A DNA stretch of 59,976 bases, filler included, from Basidioascus undulatus (taxonomy: Eukaryota): the NCBI GenBank assembly GCA_000826855.1. It is 3 parts of 3 records of this genome, joined end to end, with 100 filler letters (N's around TTAATTAATTAA, not from the genome) between each part and the next. Parts side by side here need not be neighbours in the genome. Positions count along the whole stretch, not along the records: positions 20,033 to 39,954 come from JTLS01000391.1; positions 40,055 to 59,976 come from JTLS01000392.1; 1 more part is not named here. One strand, 5' to 3'. The notes under the pieces were generated by a model. The model was not told where the DNA came from, made no database searches, and saw only the letters and a list, made by a program, of their open reading frames with translations. The translations under genes were made by a program, and so were the position numbers. Below are positions 34,512 through 46,646 of the stretch, piece by piece (position 1 is the first letter of the stretch; the number at the start of each line of letters is the position of its first letter).

Positions 34512-37148
34512 ATGGAGGTCCAGACGCACGTCGAGAAGGACGAGCACGTCCACCCAGTCGAGGTGGCGTTCGCCTATGACGATCCTGAGAACCCGCAGGA
34601 GGGATGGCCCCTGGTGAAGCGGTGGCGAGGTAGGTTCAGCCGCGTCATGCTAAGCAGGGTAGCTGACTCGAGCTTCCTGGGGATACAGTGTTGGCTCCTG
34701 CGCTTTTCGTTACATACACCAGTGCTTGTGAGAGCCTTCACCTCAAATTACCGTTCCAGAGTGCCGGGTCTAACGAGACGCCTTACCAGTCAATGCTACG
34801 GTTAGTGTCCAAGCGCGGCCCCATGCGCACGGCCACCACTCACCATGATTTCGGGACAAGGCAAACGGCGCGGCTTCGAAGGGGGTGAGGGCAGAGTTCG
34901 GAGGGGTGACGGCCTCCACCTTCCTCACGAGCAGCTTCACAGTACGTTCACAACTTCAGTTGGCTGTGAGAGGGGCGCAGTCTGGGGGTCGAAAGCTGAT
35001 CCGATAGGAGCGCAGTACCTTGTTATGCTCGGATTCGGGCCTCTCGTGCTCGCCCCAATCTCTGAAAGCTTCGGTCGGCGGCCTATGCTGGTTTTTTTGA
35101 CCGGACTGTGAGACTTTCACTTGCAGATGATGTGACTGTCCAGATAGCTGATGTGCTCGGTACAGAATCACGTTGCTCTTCCTGCCGCAAGCACTTGCTC
35201 CTAACGTGTGTTTTTCGAGGCTTTTTGATGGGATATAAAGCTCATCACGCGCACGCCTTTCAGGTCGCTTCCATCATCGCAACACGCTTCTTCCAAGGCA
35301 CTGCCGCGTCGGTCGAGGGTCCGGTCATCGCTGGCATCGTACGTTCTCATCACTGATCCCCGGAAATGAAGATGCTGAAGTGACATGCTTTTCAGGTTGC
35401 CGATCTCTTTCCTAAGCGCATTCGAGGGCCGGCGATGGGCACTTTTGTCCTGTAAGGCAAACATGACGCCGAGTTTACAGTCCCCTCGCTGATAGCTGGC
35501 TCCTCACTAGGACGGTCTTTACCGCCAATGCGACTGGCCCGCTTTGCGCGAACTGGATTGCCCAGGAACTGGGATGGCGCTGGGTGTACTGGATTCAGGT
35601 GAGTATCGCCTGGAAAGCGAACTGGACAAAACGTTGACGTTTACTCTGTTTAGATGATGATGGCTGGCCTTTGCTTCGCGCTCGTGGTTTTCTTCTTTCC
35701 TGAAACGTAAGTTAATTCTCCCCCAATCCTTTGAAAGGCTCTTATTTGTGGCCGGTAACGACCACCAGGCGCGGAGATGCGATCCTCGCCAAGCGCGCTG
35801 CGAGGATGACCAAAGAGAGCGGCATTCCGCACCACGGCAAGGGTACCGACCGCGCCGAGAGCTGCGGGGAGATATTGAAGATATCCTGCTTGCGTCCACT
35901 TCGTAAGTCACTTTCAAACACGAGCCATCGGCCTGGCGTCTGGCTGCATCATCCGTCCGTCCGGGACTATGTTGACATCGTCTCGTCCATCCCAGTCTAC
36001 CTGTTCACCGAACCGATTGTCACTGCTTTATCGCTTTATGTCAGCTTCGCGTGGGGGATGGTTTTCCTTTTCGTCGGCGCCATCGCCCACGTCTTCGAGG
36101 AGACCTACGGCTTCAGCCAGGGCCAAGGCGGGACCACGCTCATCTGCGGCTTCATTGGCGCGTTCATCGGTACGTTATCGCTCTTCCGTTCATCACCAAT
36201 GAATACTTTCAGATTTAATTCAACATTTCAATGCCAGGCTGGTGCACGAACTTCGGACAAGAGGCGATATACCGCCGCGCTGTTGCTCGAGGCGGCGGGC
36301 ACGCTGAGCCCGAGGTCCGCTTGTACTCCTGCGCGGTTAGCGGGATCTTGTTCGGCGCTGCGTGCTTCATGTTTGGGTGGACGTACGTGTTTATCGGTGC
36401 TAACTGAGAACACAAATGCGCTCGGATATGACTAAAACAACGTGCGGGTTTACAGTGCCCGGTCGGACATTCACTGGATCATACCTTGCATCGCTGTTGT
36501 CCTCGTGAACCTCGGGATATGTGCGTCCTGCCCTCCTCAGTGCCACCAACGCCCCCAATGCTGACATGGTGTATTTTTTTAGACCCCATCTACCTTGCCA
36601 CCTACAACTACATCGGCGATGTCTGTGAGTGTCTCGACTAATCGTCGATGTTACTGGACGCTGACCAGCTTTGCAACCAGACGAGCGCTACTCTTCTTCC
36701 GGCCAGGCGGCGCAGTCCCTGCTCCGAAACATTCTCGGTGCTGTGTTCCCTTTCTTTGGTATTGCTATGGTGAGTTGCACCCACACTGTCACCGTAGCTG
36801 TCTGGACGGCACGCCCACTCTACCCACCCCTTGTTTCCGTCTCGTAATACACCCTGACTGGTATGCTTGCTTACATGGTCTTGCCGCATGCAGTACAATT
36901 CGTTGGGCTTTGATTGGGCTTCGTCGCTCGTGGGCTTCATTGCTCTCGCGCTTGCAATCATTCCATGGATTCTGATATTCTGTGAGCATGCCCTCCGGCT
37001 TCATGAGGCGTGCACTCCTTGCTGATGAATGCCACCCTCCACAGTCGGCGCATGGATTCGCGCCAGGTCCAAGATTGCACAGGCGCTCGCGCACGAGGAG
37101 GGTGTGGTGTTGAAGGATGAGGCCCAGGATACCAACTCGATGGCATGA
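34512..37148 (+). CDS. MFS transporter, DHA1 drug:H+ antiporter-like, many exons
   Basis: DDPENPQEGWP, GFGPLVLAPISESFGRRP, IATRFFQG, LGWRW, FFPET, LFTEPIV, YGFSQGQGG, PEVRLY, YSSSGQAAQSLLRN and WIRARSKIA. Confidence 0.92.
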
Positions 37149-37944
37149 CCTGTATTACGAGCTACGATGATGATGATATAGACAGGACTGCTGTTTCTCC
37201 ATTTAATCACAACCGAGTGCAATGCTGGACTGCATCGGCTCCGACGCCGGTTGCACATCTAAAGATGATCATCTTTTCACCACAACAGCTCTGGAGTCGG
37301 TTTGCACACCATAATATGTCTTGCGGTCGGCAGACTTGCAGAACTGACTGTCGATCCTGCCTCGATCGGCGTGAAGGCGTGAAGCTGCACGCACGGTTTT
37401 GATGTTTGACGTTTGTCGGGAGCGTGTGTTAGCGTGCAGGTGATCGTCATTCAGTCGATAGAATCTACACCAAACTCCAAAGCCACACCGCCTGCTTGCC
37501 CGTAAACAGGCCAACAGTGGAGACCACCTCTGAAAAACCGCAATCACCCAAGAGCCATGAAGTGAAAAAAGGTGCAGCGATGTGCACAGGAAAAAAAGGG
37601 ACCGAGAACGCGCATACCGTTTATTAGCGTTGTTCCTGGAATCCGAGTCCAGACTTGGAAAGGCACCGCCGCGCGTGGCTCTCGTCGGCAGCAAGCACGC
37701 CTGAACAATGCACCTGGCCTGCTCTGGCGGCTTGACCTTCTCTCATCACCACCCCCTCGCACCCACCCGATACACTCTCATTATTCTTTGCGCATTTCTC
37801 TTTGGCGAACCCAGTTTATCATCATTCAGTCCATCGAGATACCCGCGCTCGCCATTCGCACTCGCTTTCATTGCTGCCGACGACCTCTCGCTCAGCATCT
37901 GTGCCGGTCCTATCTTTGTCCCCCACCCTCGCCGCCCCGCCGCG

Positions 37945-39757
37945 ATGCCCGCCTGTTCTTGCTCACCAACGCCTTCCCCGCCAACACCGCGTGCCTTGCC
38001 CACCTCGGCCGGTGTGCAGGGCCTCGGGTTCGGCTATCCTTCCCCACCCGGCACGCCCAGCCAGTTCGCGCCCTCTGCTTCTGCCAAACACCGCTCCTCC
38101 CTCGACGAGCTGGACGCTGAGATCGCACGGTTAGGCGGCCCCCGCGCGTCGTCGTCCGAGTCTGATACGGCGGTCGAGGCTGAGGGGCTGCTCAGCAGGG
38201 AGGAGGAGAAGCGTCGAGCGACGTCAACATTGTCAATGCTTCGGGCGGCCGGATGGGGAGACAGGAGCACGGCGGGCGCGTCCGCGTGGATCCCCAATAG
38301 TCCTGCTCTGGCGCAGTTCTTTGAGGAAGGCCCGGCTATGCTGCTTCCGCAGTACAACCCGCCGTTGGGCGTGGACGGGGGCGGGCCGGTGAAGAGCAAA
38401 GCGCCATTGCCGATGCCGGTGCTCATAGTGCTTTGGATCATCCTCTCCTCCGTACGTTCTTTGTCTGCTGTCCTTCCTTTTCCCGTACCTGATCTTACAC
38501 ACATCTTCCAAACACAGACCTGCATCATCCTCAACAAGCTGATTCTCACCGGCCTCGATTTCGCCCACCCTCGCTTCCTCATCACCATCCACCTCGGCTT
38601 CACGGCTATCGCTACGCGCGCTTTGCACATGTTCACGCACGCCCTTCGTTCGCTCGACCTGCCGAGCCACGAGATGAGCTGGGACCAATGGACGCAGAGC
38701 GTCCTGCCGGTCGGCGTGCTCTGGTCCGCAAGCTTGGCGGCGGGCAACATCAGCTATCTCTCCTTGGCCATTAGCTTCACGCAGGTCGTGAAGGTGCGCA
38801 TTTATGTCTTCAATGGGGAAGGCGGGAGGAGAACTGCTTGAAAGGTTGGTCTTTGGAATATGGTATGCTGACGCAGAGCGCTTACAGGCTTTCACTCCTC
38901 TCCTTGTCATCTCCGTCGCGTTTGCCGTCCGGCTGAAAGAGTACCAGCCTCGCCTCTTTCTCGTATGTTCGTCAATATCTGGTCACTTTGGTGTGTAGCT
39001 AATCCCCACATTTTGATTAGGCTGTCATCGTCATCGCCCTCTCTGTCGCCGGCGCCTCCTTCACTGACATCGACTTCGAGCTCACGGGCTTCGCGTGGCA
39101 GGTCATCAGTGTATTGGTGCGTGTGACATTTGCGGATACCAGTGCCTACATCAACTGATGGCTCTCGTAACAACAGTGCGAGAGTGCCCGTCTAGTCATG
39201 ATCCAGATGCTGCTCCAGCAACAAGGGCTGGAACCGCTCATCGGACTTTACTACGTCGCTCCTGTGCGTCTGCGTCTGTACTTTCTACGTGGCCGGCGGT
39301 TTGAGCTGACCGAATTCGCGAACGAGTCAGGTCACCGCCACCATCAACTTTGTCCTCCTCTGCATAACGGAAGGCATGGCGCCATTCCACGCGCTGCCTA
39401 GCCTGGGCCTGAGCACCCTTGGCATGTCCGCCCTCTCCGCGCTCCTCCTCAACTTCATATCCTTCTATGTCATCGGCGTGCGTTCGCCTCCCCTATCTTT
39501 GAAAGCCATCATATCCACACGCGAAGGCAGCAGCTAACACTCTTCATTATTCATCTCGACAGGCCGCATCCGCCATCGTCCTCACTCTCGCAGGCGTGGT
39601 CAAGGACATCGCTCTCGTAGCCGTCGCGCTCTTCATGCTCGGCGAACCCATAAAGCTCCAGCAGATTGTCGGGTACAGCCTCGCCATCGGCGGGCTCGTG
39701 CTCTACAAGCGGTGGAACTCCATTGGTGCTGGCGTCCACGGGCGTGGACGAGTTTGA
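37945..39757 (+). CDS. Triose-phosphate/nucleotide-sugar transporter (TPT/DMT family) with a disordered N-terminus
   Basis: VLWIILSS-CIILNKLIL..DFAHPRFLITIHL, VLPVGVLWSASLAAGNISYLSLAISFTQVVKAFTP, ECARLVMIQMLLQ, LYYVAP, VLTLAGVVKDI and QIVGYSLAIGGLVLYK. Confidence 0.88.
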
Positions 39758-39954
39758 GCGGGGCTGCGCGGTGGTTCGTTTCTCATTACTTCACTTTTTC
39801 ATTTTATTCTCACTGCTTGTTTTTTTCTGGACCGTTGAGCATGCCTGCATCATCCCTTCGTTCAGGACTGTGCTTTTCCCTCGATATTTCAGTTCTTTGT
39901 CTCTGTTCTCCCCTTCTTCCGGTCTTCCCTTGCCTCTTCGCCATCTCTCGCATC

Positions 39955-40054
39955 NNNNNNNNNNNNNNNNNNNNNNNNNNNNNNNNNNNNNNNNNNNNTT
40001 AATTAATTAANNNNNNNNNNNNNNNNNNNNNNNNNNNNNNNNNNNNNNNNNNNN
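39955..40054. other. Artificial contig-joining linker N44-TTAATTAATTAA-N44
   Basis: Same 100-bp structure as 19933-20032. Confidence 0.97.
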
Positions 40055-41210
40055 GGGAGGCCTGCGAGTCTTGGAAAGCGATGAAAGGGTTCAGCGACGA
40101 AAGGAGGTGTCAACCGCCAAAGTGGTGTCAAAGGCTAGATCGTCCTCTCAATCTCCAACAATTATATCGTTTGATATGCCAACTGAGGTACCAAACGAAA
40201 CCGGCTCACACTGTGTTCTGCACCTGCACCCCAGCCTATGGGTGACTAAAACGAAGTATAAACAAAAGCTATCATTTAAAAAGTGAGAGAAATTAGAGAA
40301 AGGAGGAAGAACCCAGCTGTGAGGGCATCATAAGTCCAGTATGGCATCCTCCCAGATCCCAGGGCAGCTAGATACTGTGCACCGTTCAACGGGGAGTCTA
40401 CACTGATGCTATCGTAAGAGACTGACTCCGATGTGTTCAGAACCCTTTGCTCAAGCGTAAGTAATCTGAAGAAGAGACATCACTTGCAATGACTTGCAGG
40501 TCATATACATTCACTCACAGGCACAGCATCGGCACCAAAGGCTGAGCTGACTCCTACCTTTTTCGAAAAAGCCAAATGGGAAAGTTATTTTCATCTTGTG
40601 TCACATATTGCCGGTCTGGCATGTTACCTGATGGTGAAGTGCGAGGAGCCGAGAGCAAGCTTGAGACCCAGCAACCAGCCGCCAGTCTCCTTAGGCTGTA
40701 TAGCAGGCAAGCCTATACTTATGTGAGGATCGACCTATGTGTTAATAATCTAATATCAATCTGATCCTTATTCACCCTACATGCCATAGCAGTGCTTATA
40801 CTGCAGGGTCTCGCTTGCGGCAGATTTGGAAGTTGTTGAGGTTCCTCAGCGTGGCGGAGTCCAAGCTCGCTTAACAACATGGTGACAGCCCACAAGAGGG
40901 AAAAAAATGGATTATTTTCACCTTATTACAGCCCCCATCTCTCAGTCTTTCTCGGAACGTGAGAAGCCAGCTAAGCTGCAGCCGTCCGCGCTGATAGTAG
41001 AAGGTCATCTGCAAATTCTCTTCTCGTGCTCCCAAGACCAAGAGGACGTGTCTAAACATTGGCGCGCGAACAACAACTGACTCGGCCCTTGGAAAGTCCC
41101 GCAGAATGCGCATAACCGCCCCTCGTCGACCTCCCCCTCCCCTCACTCGCTTCACACCTTCTCTTACTGTAACCTCATCTTCTTATTCCACGCCATCAAC
41201 CTTGTCCAAG

Positions 41211-41774
41211 ATGCTGCCCATAGACCCCTTCAGCTTTGAAAATATTGAATCTCAAAACCCTTGAGTACGTCGAGGAATCCCCGTATCTCATCTTCCGCTC
41301 CCGTGCTGTCTTCTTCCTTACTTGTCTAAACTCCAGTGGGTCCCATTACACCCCCGGGAATCCCTTCCACTCCAGCCTGTACCATCTCCACGCAGCCAGT
41401 GCGCACGCCCACACCTCACGACTCAATCCACATCTCCGCTGCGCACAGGCCCGCGCTCCTCGCACCACGTCGAGCACCACCCCCACCCACGCCCTTACCA
41501 CCACGCCGACAGGACAGGGGACCACACCTCAGGGCCTCGCCGTCGTCCCTGCTGCTCACGCGCATCCGGATGCAACGCCGCCCATGTCTGTGAGCCCCTC
41601 AGAGGCGACAACTCGTGTATCGCGCTCGGTGGCTGGTGGTTGGTGATGGGCTGGGTGCTTAAGTTCGGGGCAGCGCTTTCCGGAGTGGAATAAGTGAAGG
41701 ATCTCGTCCAATCCGCGTTGAAGGCGTCGGAGGCGTTGCAGGAGCAGAAGGTGCAGGAGTAGGCCGAGCGTTGA
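41211..41774 (+). pseudogene. Possible decayed gene of unknown family
   Basis: ATG exon MLPIDPFSFENIESQNP* followed by a GTACGT..CAG intron, then a coding-like frame interrupted by TAA and TAG (...SGVE*VKDLVQSALKASEALQEQKVQE*AER*). Confidence 0.35.
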
Positions 41775-42226
41775 GTGGGTGGCTTGGTAGGGTGTGACGC
41801 TTCTTAGGAAGGATTAATATTTGAGTGATTATAAAGTCAATGCATCTCCATCGTATACCAGCTGCAAGGTTTCAGTCGGCTTATACTCCTATACGGCCGC
41901 TGCCTCTTTGCTGCCTACGTTCGCTGTGTGCGGCGGCGGCATTAACTGCTGGTGGACATAACAAACCCTGGGATGAGGGATTGTCAGGATTTTTACAACC
42001 TAATTTTATAATTCACGACTCTCCTTTTAAGTCGACAGGACATGGAGGTGGAGAATACATACTGCAATCTGCATCCTGCGCTCCGGCATTGGCAACTAGG
42101 CATGTTTTCGGCCGCCTCCCTCGCCCCAGGTCCCGCACCACTGGGCCCCTACAGGCCGCCTCGACTTCAGCGACCCCAGGCGAGCAGGGAAACGACCCGG
42201 CTCAAGCCCCGGAGGGCATTTGTACT

Positions 42227-42883
42227 CTACCCCTCCTGTTGCCCATTAGCGGCGTCGCATGCAGAGCTCTTAACGCCTAACCTAAACCCATGATCTGGCG
42301 AACCTCCTGACGGCAACTCTATCGGTACCGAAGTGTACAGCACCGAGTGCCCGTACGGCTGCACAGCGTCGCTTTCGCCCGCCGCCTGGTCCAGCCCGTG
42401 AGCCGCGGCACTTTTGCCAGTGTTGCGATGGCTCTGTCGCCGATTCTGCATCCAAATCCGGACCTGGCGGAATGGGAAAGTGTGCAGGATTGTGTCAGTA
42501 TTGAAAAAAACCAACAGGCAGGCATCCACGCTCGCGAAAGCTCCTGTTGGAGGCGAGCTCACCTGATGTACGCTCATCAGAACCTTGAGGGCTAGCAGCG
42601 CACGCTCCTCACTGGAGGGAAATGGATTATAGTCGAATGCCTGTAACATGTTATGTTTGAAGTGTCAGAAAAAGGGAGCGAAAAGCAGACGTCAATGACA
42701 TACATCACTGAGGATGGCAACTTGCTGAGGTGTCGCACGTTTCCGCTTGGCCTTGACGGCCGGCTCGCTCGCATAAGGGCATGACATCGACGAAACTTGA
42801 TGAGGCGGGTTGAATATTGCGTGCGGGAGGGACGGCATAGAGGGAGGGGGTATGGTAGGCACGGCTTCGTGCGGAGAAAGCAT
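42227..42883 (-). CDS. Homeodomain transcription factor (minimal model; may extend 5' to about 43854 through an in-frame stop)
   Basis: Spliced KRKRATPQQVAILSD|AFDYNPFPSSEERALLALKVLMSVHQ|VRIWMQNRRQ, with phase-0 introns at 42641-42703 and 42464-42562. Confidence 0.85.
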
Positions 42884-45153
42884 AGAAGAAGATGAGTGGG
42901 GAAAAAGTGCAGTGTCGGTGGTGCCGAAGTCCGCGACGGCGACAGATTCGCACTGCAGCCACCTTGCAGGTTCAGGACGGGGAGTCGTTGCGCAGGATCG
43001 GAAGAAGGTAAGGGAGGTAGGACATGTCGTGGGATGTAAACCGGATCTGTTCTCCAAAGTGAGGATGTATGTAAGCGACTGCCCAGGATCCGAAGCACCT
43101 TCGAACCGGCTCTCCGGATCCACTGATCACCCAACATCTGTGGGGGTTGACATCGAGAGAAAATGTCTTACATGAAGTTGATCGACTCCTTCCTTCTCTT
43201 TCAATTGCCTCTCCACTCCAGGCAGTCCAGCCACCCTCATCGATGAGCGCGGCCGCCGCGACGGGCGAGCCTGCAGTCAACCACGCCGAGGACTCGCCGC
43301 GAGAAGTCGCCGCAGTTCATGAGTGTCGAGATGGCGCGACGAGCGGTGGAGGATGAAGAAGAAGGTAGGAAGGTTCACCGGTAGGGGTAGGGGGAGAATT
43401 CGTGCTGGAAGGGCTAGGGAAGACGGACTGCGCCGGCTGAAAGTAGTATGGGATGTCTTCGGTGCTCGAAGGTGTCGGAGGGGGGAGAACGATGTGGGAA
43501 CGCTGCGCAGTGCCGTCCGCGTTTGTTGAGGCGCCACCGACAGAGAAGCGCGCGAAGGGAAGGTGGTTGACGCCCAAGTCATGGTACGACGCTTCTGTGC
43601 GCTGAGTGCTCTCGGCGTCGTGGTAGCTGTCGTCCATCTGAGTGCACAGCAGCAAGAGGAGGTCTATCAGGTCTATCCGGAACAAGCGAGGCTACGGATG
43701 CATGTCGGCACGGGAGCTGTGCAGAAGGATCGCCACGCCCGGAGGGACCGAATAGCTGCAGACGCGGTCGCCTTGCTACGGCAGGTTCCTGGCAAGAGGA
43801 GGCGAAAGAGCCTCTTCTGCTCCTGCTTCTCATGCCACAGTCGTTTTGAGCCATTGGACTGGAAAAGAAGATAGTTAAGTATCATTCTTTTTTCAGCAGG
43901 CATCTCTCGGCCTCACATCTCACATCACAGTCAACGGATGTGACAAGCTTACCTTGACGAAGTTGTAATATGTCTGACCCAGAGTCCAATACGGCCAGTT
44001 GACGGAGATTGACAGCTATGGGCTTGTCCATCTAGATTGTCAAGTTAGCGGACGCCATCAGCGAGACGAATCACGTAATGGTCTATGTCCGGCGTGCGCG
44101 ACAACTTTGTCTCCGTACCGGTAAGACTGTCGTTTGGGCAAATCAGTCCCCGTCCAGCTGTAGCTGAAGGCCCTGGAGGTCATGCACTCACGACGCTCGA
44201 GACTTTCCAACAGCTTTGAAGCCTTGGGGTCTGGGTGTCGCTCTGGTGTCGAAAATACTGCCAATTGCTGCGTGGCTGTATCGTCAACCGACATGACAGA
44301 GCCTGTTCCCGCCCAAGACAGGACGCCCTGTAAGAGCAGAGCATTATGATCAGTGCAGAACTGAGTCAAGTAGTGGGAAACATGCGCACTTCGTAGTCTG
44401 CCGAACCAAAGTCGATCTAGAGGTCCGGTGCATGATCGACCTTCATGATTCCCGCTCGTTCAAAAGCAGTAGCCATGACAAGGTAAATCCTTGGCGGCGT
44501 TCCGTGGTGTTAGCCGCGTTCCTTGGGGTAGCAAAGTCTTCTAAGGCCGACATGAGCTTGATCAGATCGGGGTTTTCCTATCCAAGCGCGCCGAGGTCGA
44601 GGTGCACTTTTGTCGAGGCATCAGAACTGTAGCACGAGCCTGAGCGACGGCAGTTGCGTCAGTAGAGAGTACAGAAGAAACGCCGTACGGAAGAGTCTGA
44701 CAACCTGCCATGTCCGACTTTCCTTCCTCACATAAAGGCATGAGCTGAATGCATAAGGTGTAGTTATGTTCGAGAGAACACAAAGGGGCACTGAGTGGGA
44801 CAATGGAGATGAAGGGGAAATGCAGCTCCGGTGATTGAGCTCATCGTTCCCGAATTGGTAGGGTTTGGACTGACCCTTCCAACCACCGTATCAAATTTTG
44901 GTGATATTATGTGTGAGTGAAATGGGGAAGTGAGTCCAGTTCTAGTACTCATTCGAGAGAGATGACGGCGGCCTTTCATGAATTTTCTGTAATGTATATG
45001 GATGAGCGAGAGAAAAGTCCACCTTTGCGATTGTGTCCTTGACTTAAAACCATAATTCTGCAGGCAACGCGTCAAGCAACCACTTGCAAAAGCGATCCAA
45101 ACCCGAGCCCCTCAAGACCGCATGGTCATGAACGGCAATGTCACACTCATACA

Positions 45154-45215
45154 CGGTCACGGTCATGGTCATTCGGTCACGGTCATGGTCGTTCGGTCAC
45201 GGTCATAGTCACGGT
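45154..45215. repeat. Minisatellite: 20-bp unit CGGTCACGGTCATGGTCRTT x3, built on a hexamer (AYGGTC)
   Basis: Read directly. Followed by a poly-T run. Confidence 0.85.
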
Positions 45216-46646
45216 TCAGATTCTTTTTTTTTTCGGGGGCGCTTAGCCACTTCTGTTCTGTGCTATTGTGCGTTGAGTCTGGCCCATCTTGTGGGTTTAC
45301 CGCATAGAGCAACGGACGGTGGGGCAGCGGAACGGCGCGTCGTATACCAGACCCGAACTGCTCAGTTGATTTGGCTGTCCTCAAAGTCCTGTGCGCCAGC
45401 CCGCAGCACTGAGAAGTGCAATAAAGGCTTAACTATTGCTTATTTAATGTCTTTTTGACTGAATTACATGCCGTTAGCCATCGCATACCAGCCTGTTAAC
45501 GCCCGAACCGTGCGACGCTGACCTTTCTCTAATGGTCTTTCATCGAATCACTCATTGGGGCCTGCTTACCAACGCCTTGTATCTTGGAAGATTCATGGGA
45601 TAGCGTTAAATCTCAATCTCGATATCAAATGCCCAGTTGAAGCCTGCGGATAACCACAGGCAGTGACAAGCGACCCTTGCGCATCGCCAAGGACTGTAGA
45701 CAACGCGCTGCGGTGTAGACCCACTTTCTTTAGCCTAAAGCCTGCATAAAGGGCTTTCTACAATAAAGATCCTAGGACAGCAATTAGTTCCGCACAACCA
45801 AAAGGGCGATCTGCGCTTTCTAGGAGTACTTCGATGCCGCTCGCAATGCAGGAAGAACTGCTGGTCAAAGGTGAAGCCAAGTGAGTGGCACTTGCTGTGA
45901 CCGCATAGCATTGCTCCAAAAGCCGCTGAAGGCGTTCACCACAATCTTTTGTCTTCCTGTGGGCAGCGATTGGAGTAGCAAGGTGTTGCAGCGGTAGCGG
46001 TCCGAGCTCACCAGCTGCATGCCGAAGCCCCGGCCGGATCGACATAAACCATACCAGAATTAAACATTCAAGGAAACGTATACATACAATGTCTATTAGG
46101 TTCATGCAAGCACAAAGAGTAGGCATTCGAGGTTGAAAAGGTGGATTTTGGCACTGCGAAGCGCCTCGTAGGTTAGGTAATCCGAAAGGATTCGACGAGC
46201 AAAAATGAGCTCGCCGTCTGCCCTTCCCCTCGTACCCCCCAGCACCTCAAGGTCCGTATACCCACAATTGCTGCCAGTCCGCCTCAGGAGTGCATTACTG
46301 ACGTACACGACGCTCGCTTTTCTACTCCCCTCGACTCGCCCTCTTTCGACCCATTCTTGACCCGCTATTCTGCGTCCCCTCCCGTCCCCTGCTCTTCTCC
46401 CTTCCTCCTCTCGCACGCTTCGTTTCGGCTCGCTCTCTCGCTTCGTCTCCCGCTTTCAAACGTCCTTGCAGATCTGTGAGTTTGAACCGGCTGGATGCTC
46501 ACGGAGGGCGCTGGAGGGCTGGGGGTTGGGGGTCTGGCGGAGCACGGGTGGGACTGGGGGACGGAGCGCATGTCCAGGACCACACGAACCCAAAAGACTT
46601 CCCGGTGGGTTACTGACTAGCTGGCACCCAATCTTTCCAACAGAAA

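Noticed and set aside
42227..43900. Mating-type HD1/HD2 locus
   Set aside because: Only one homeobox is seen, with no divergent partner or recognisable MAT-linked genes on the contig.
45154..45215. CRISPR-like array
   Set aside because: Tandem units without unique spacers, in a eukaryotic genome.
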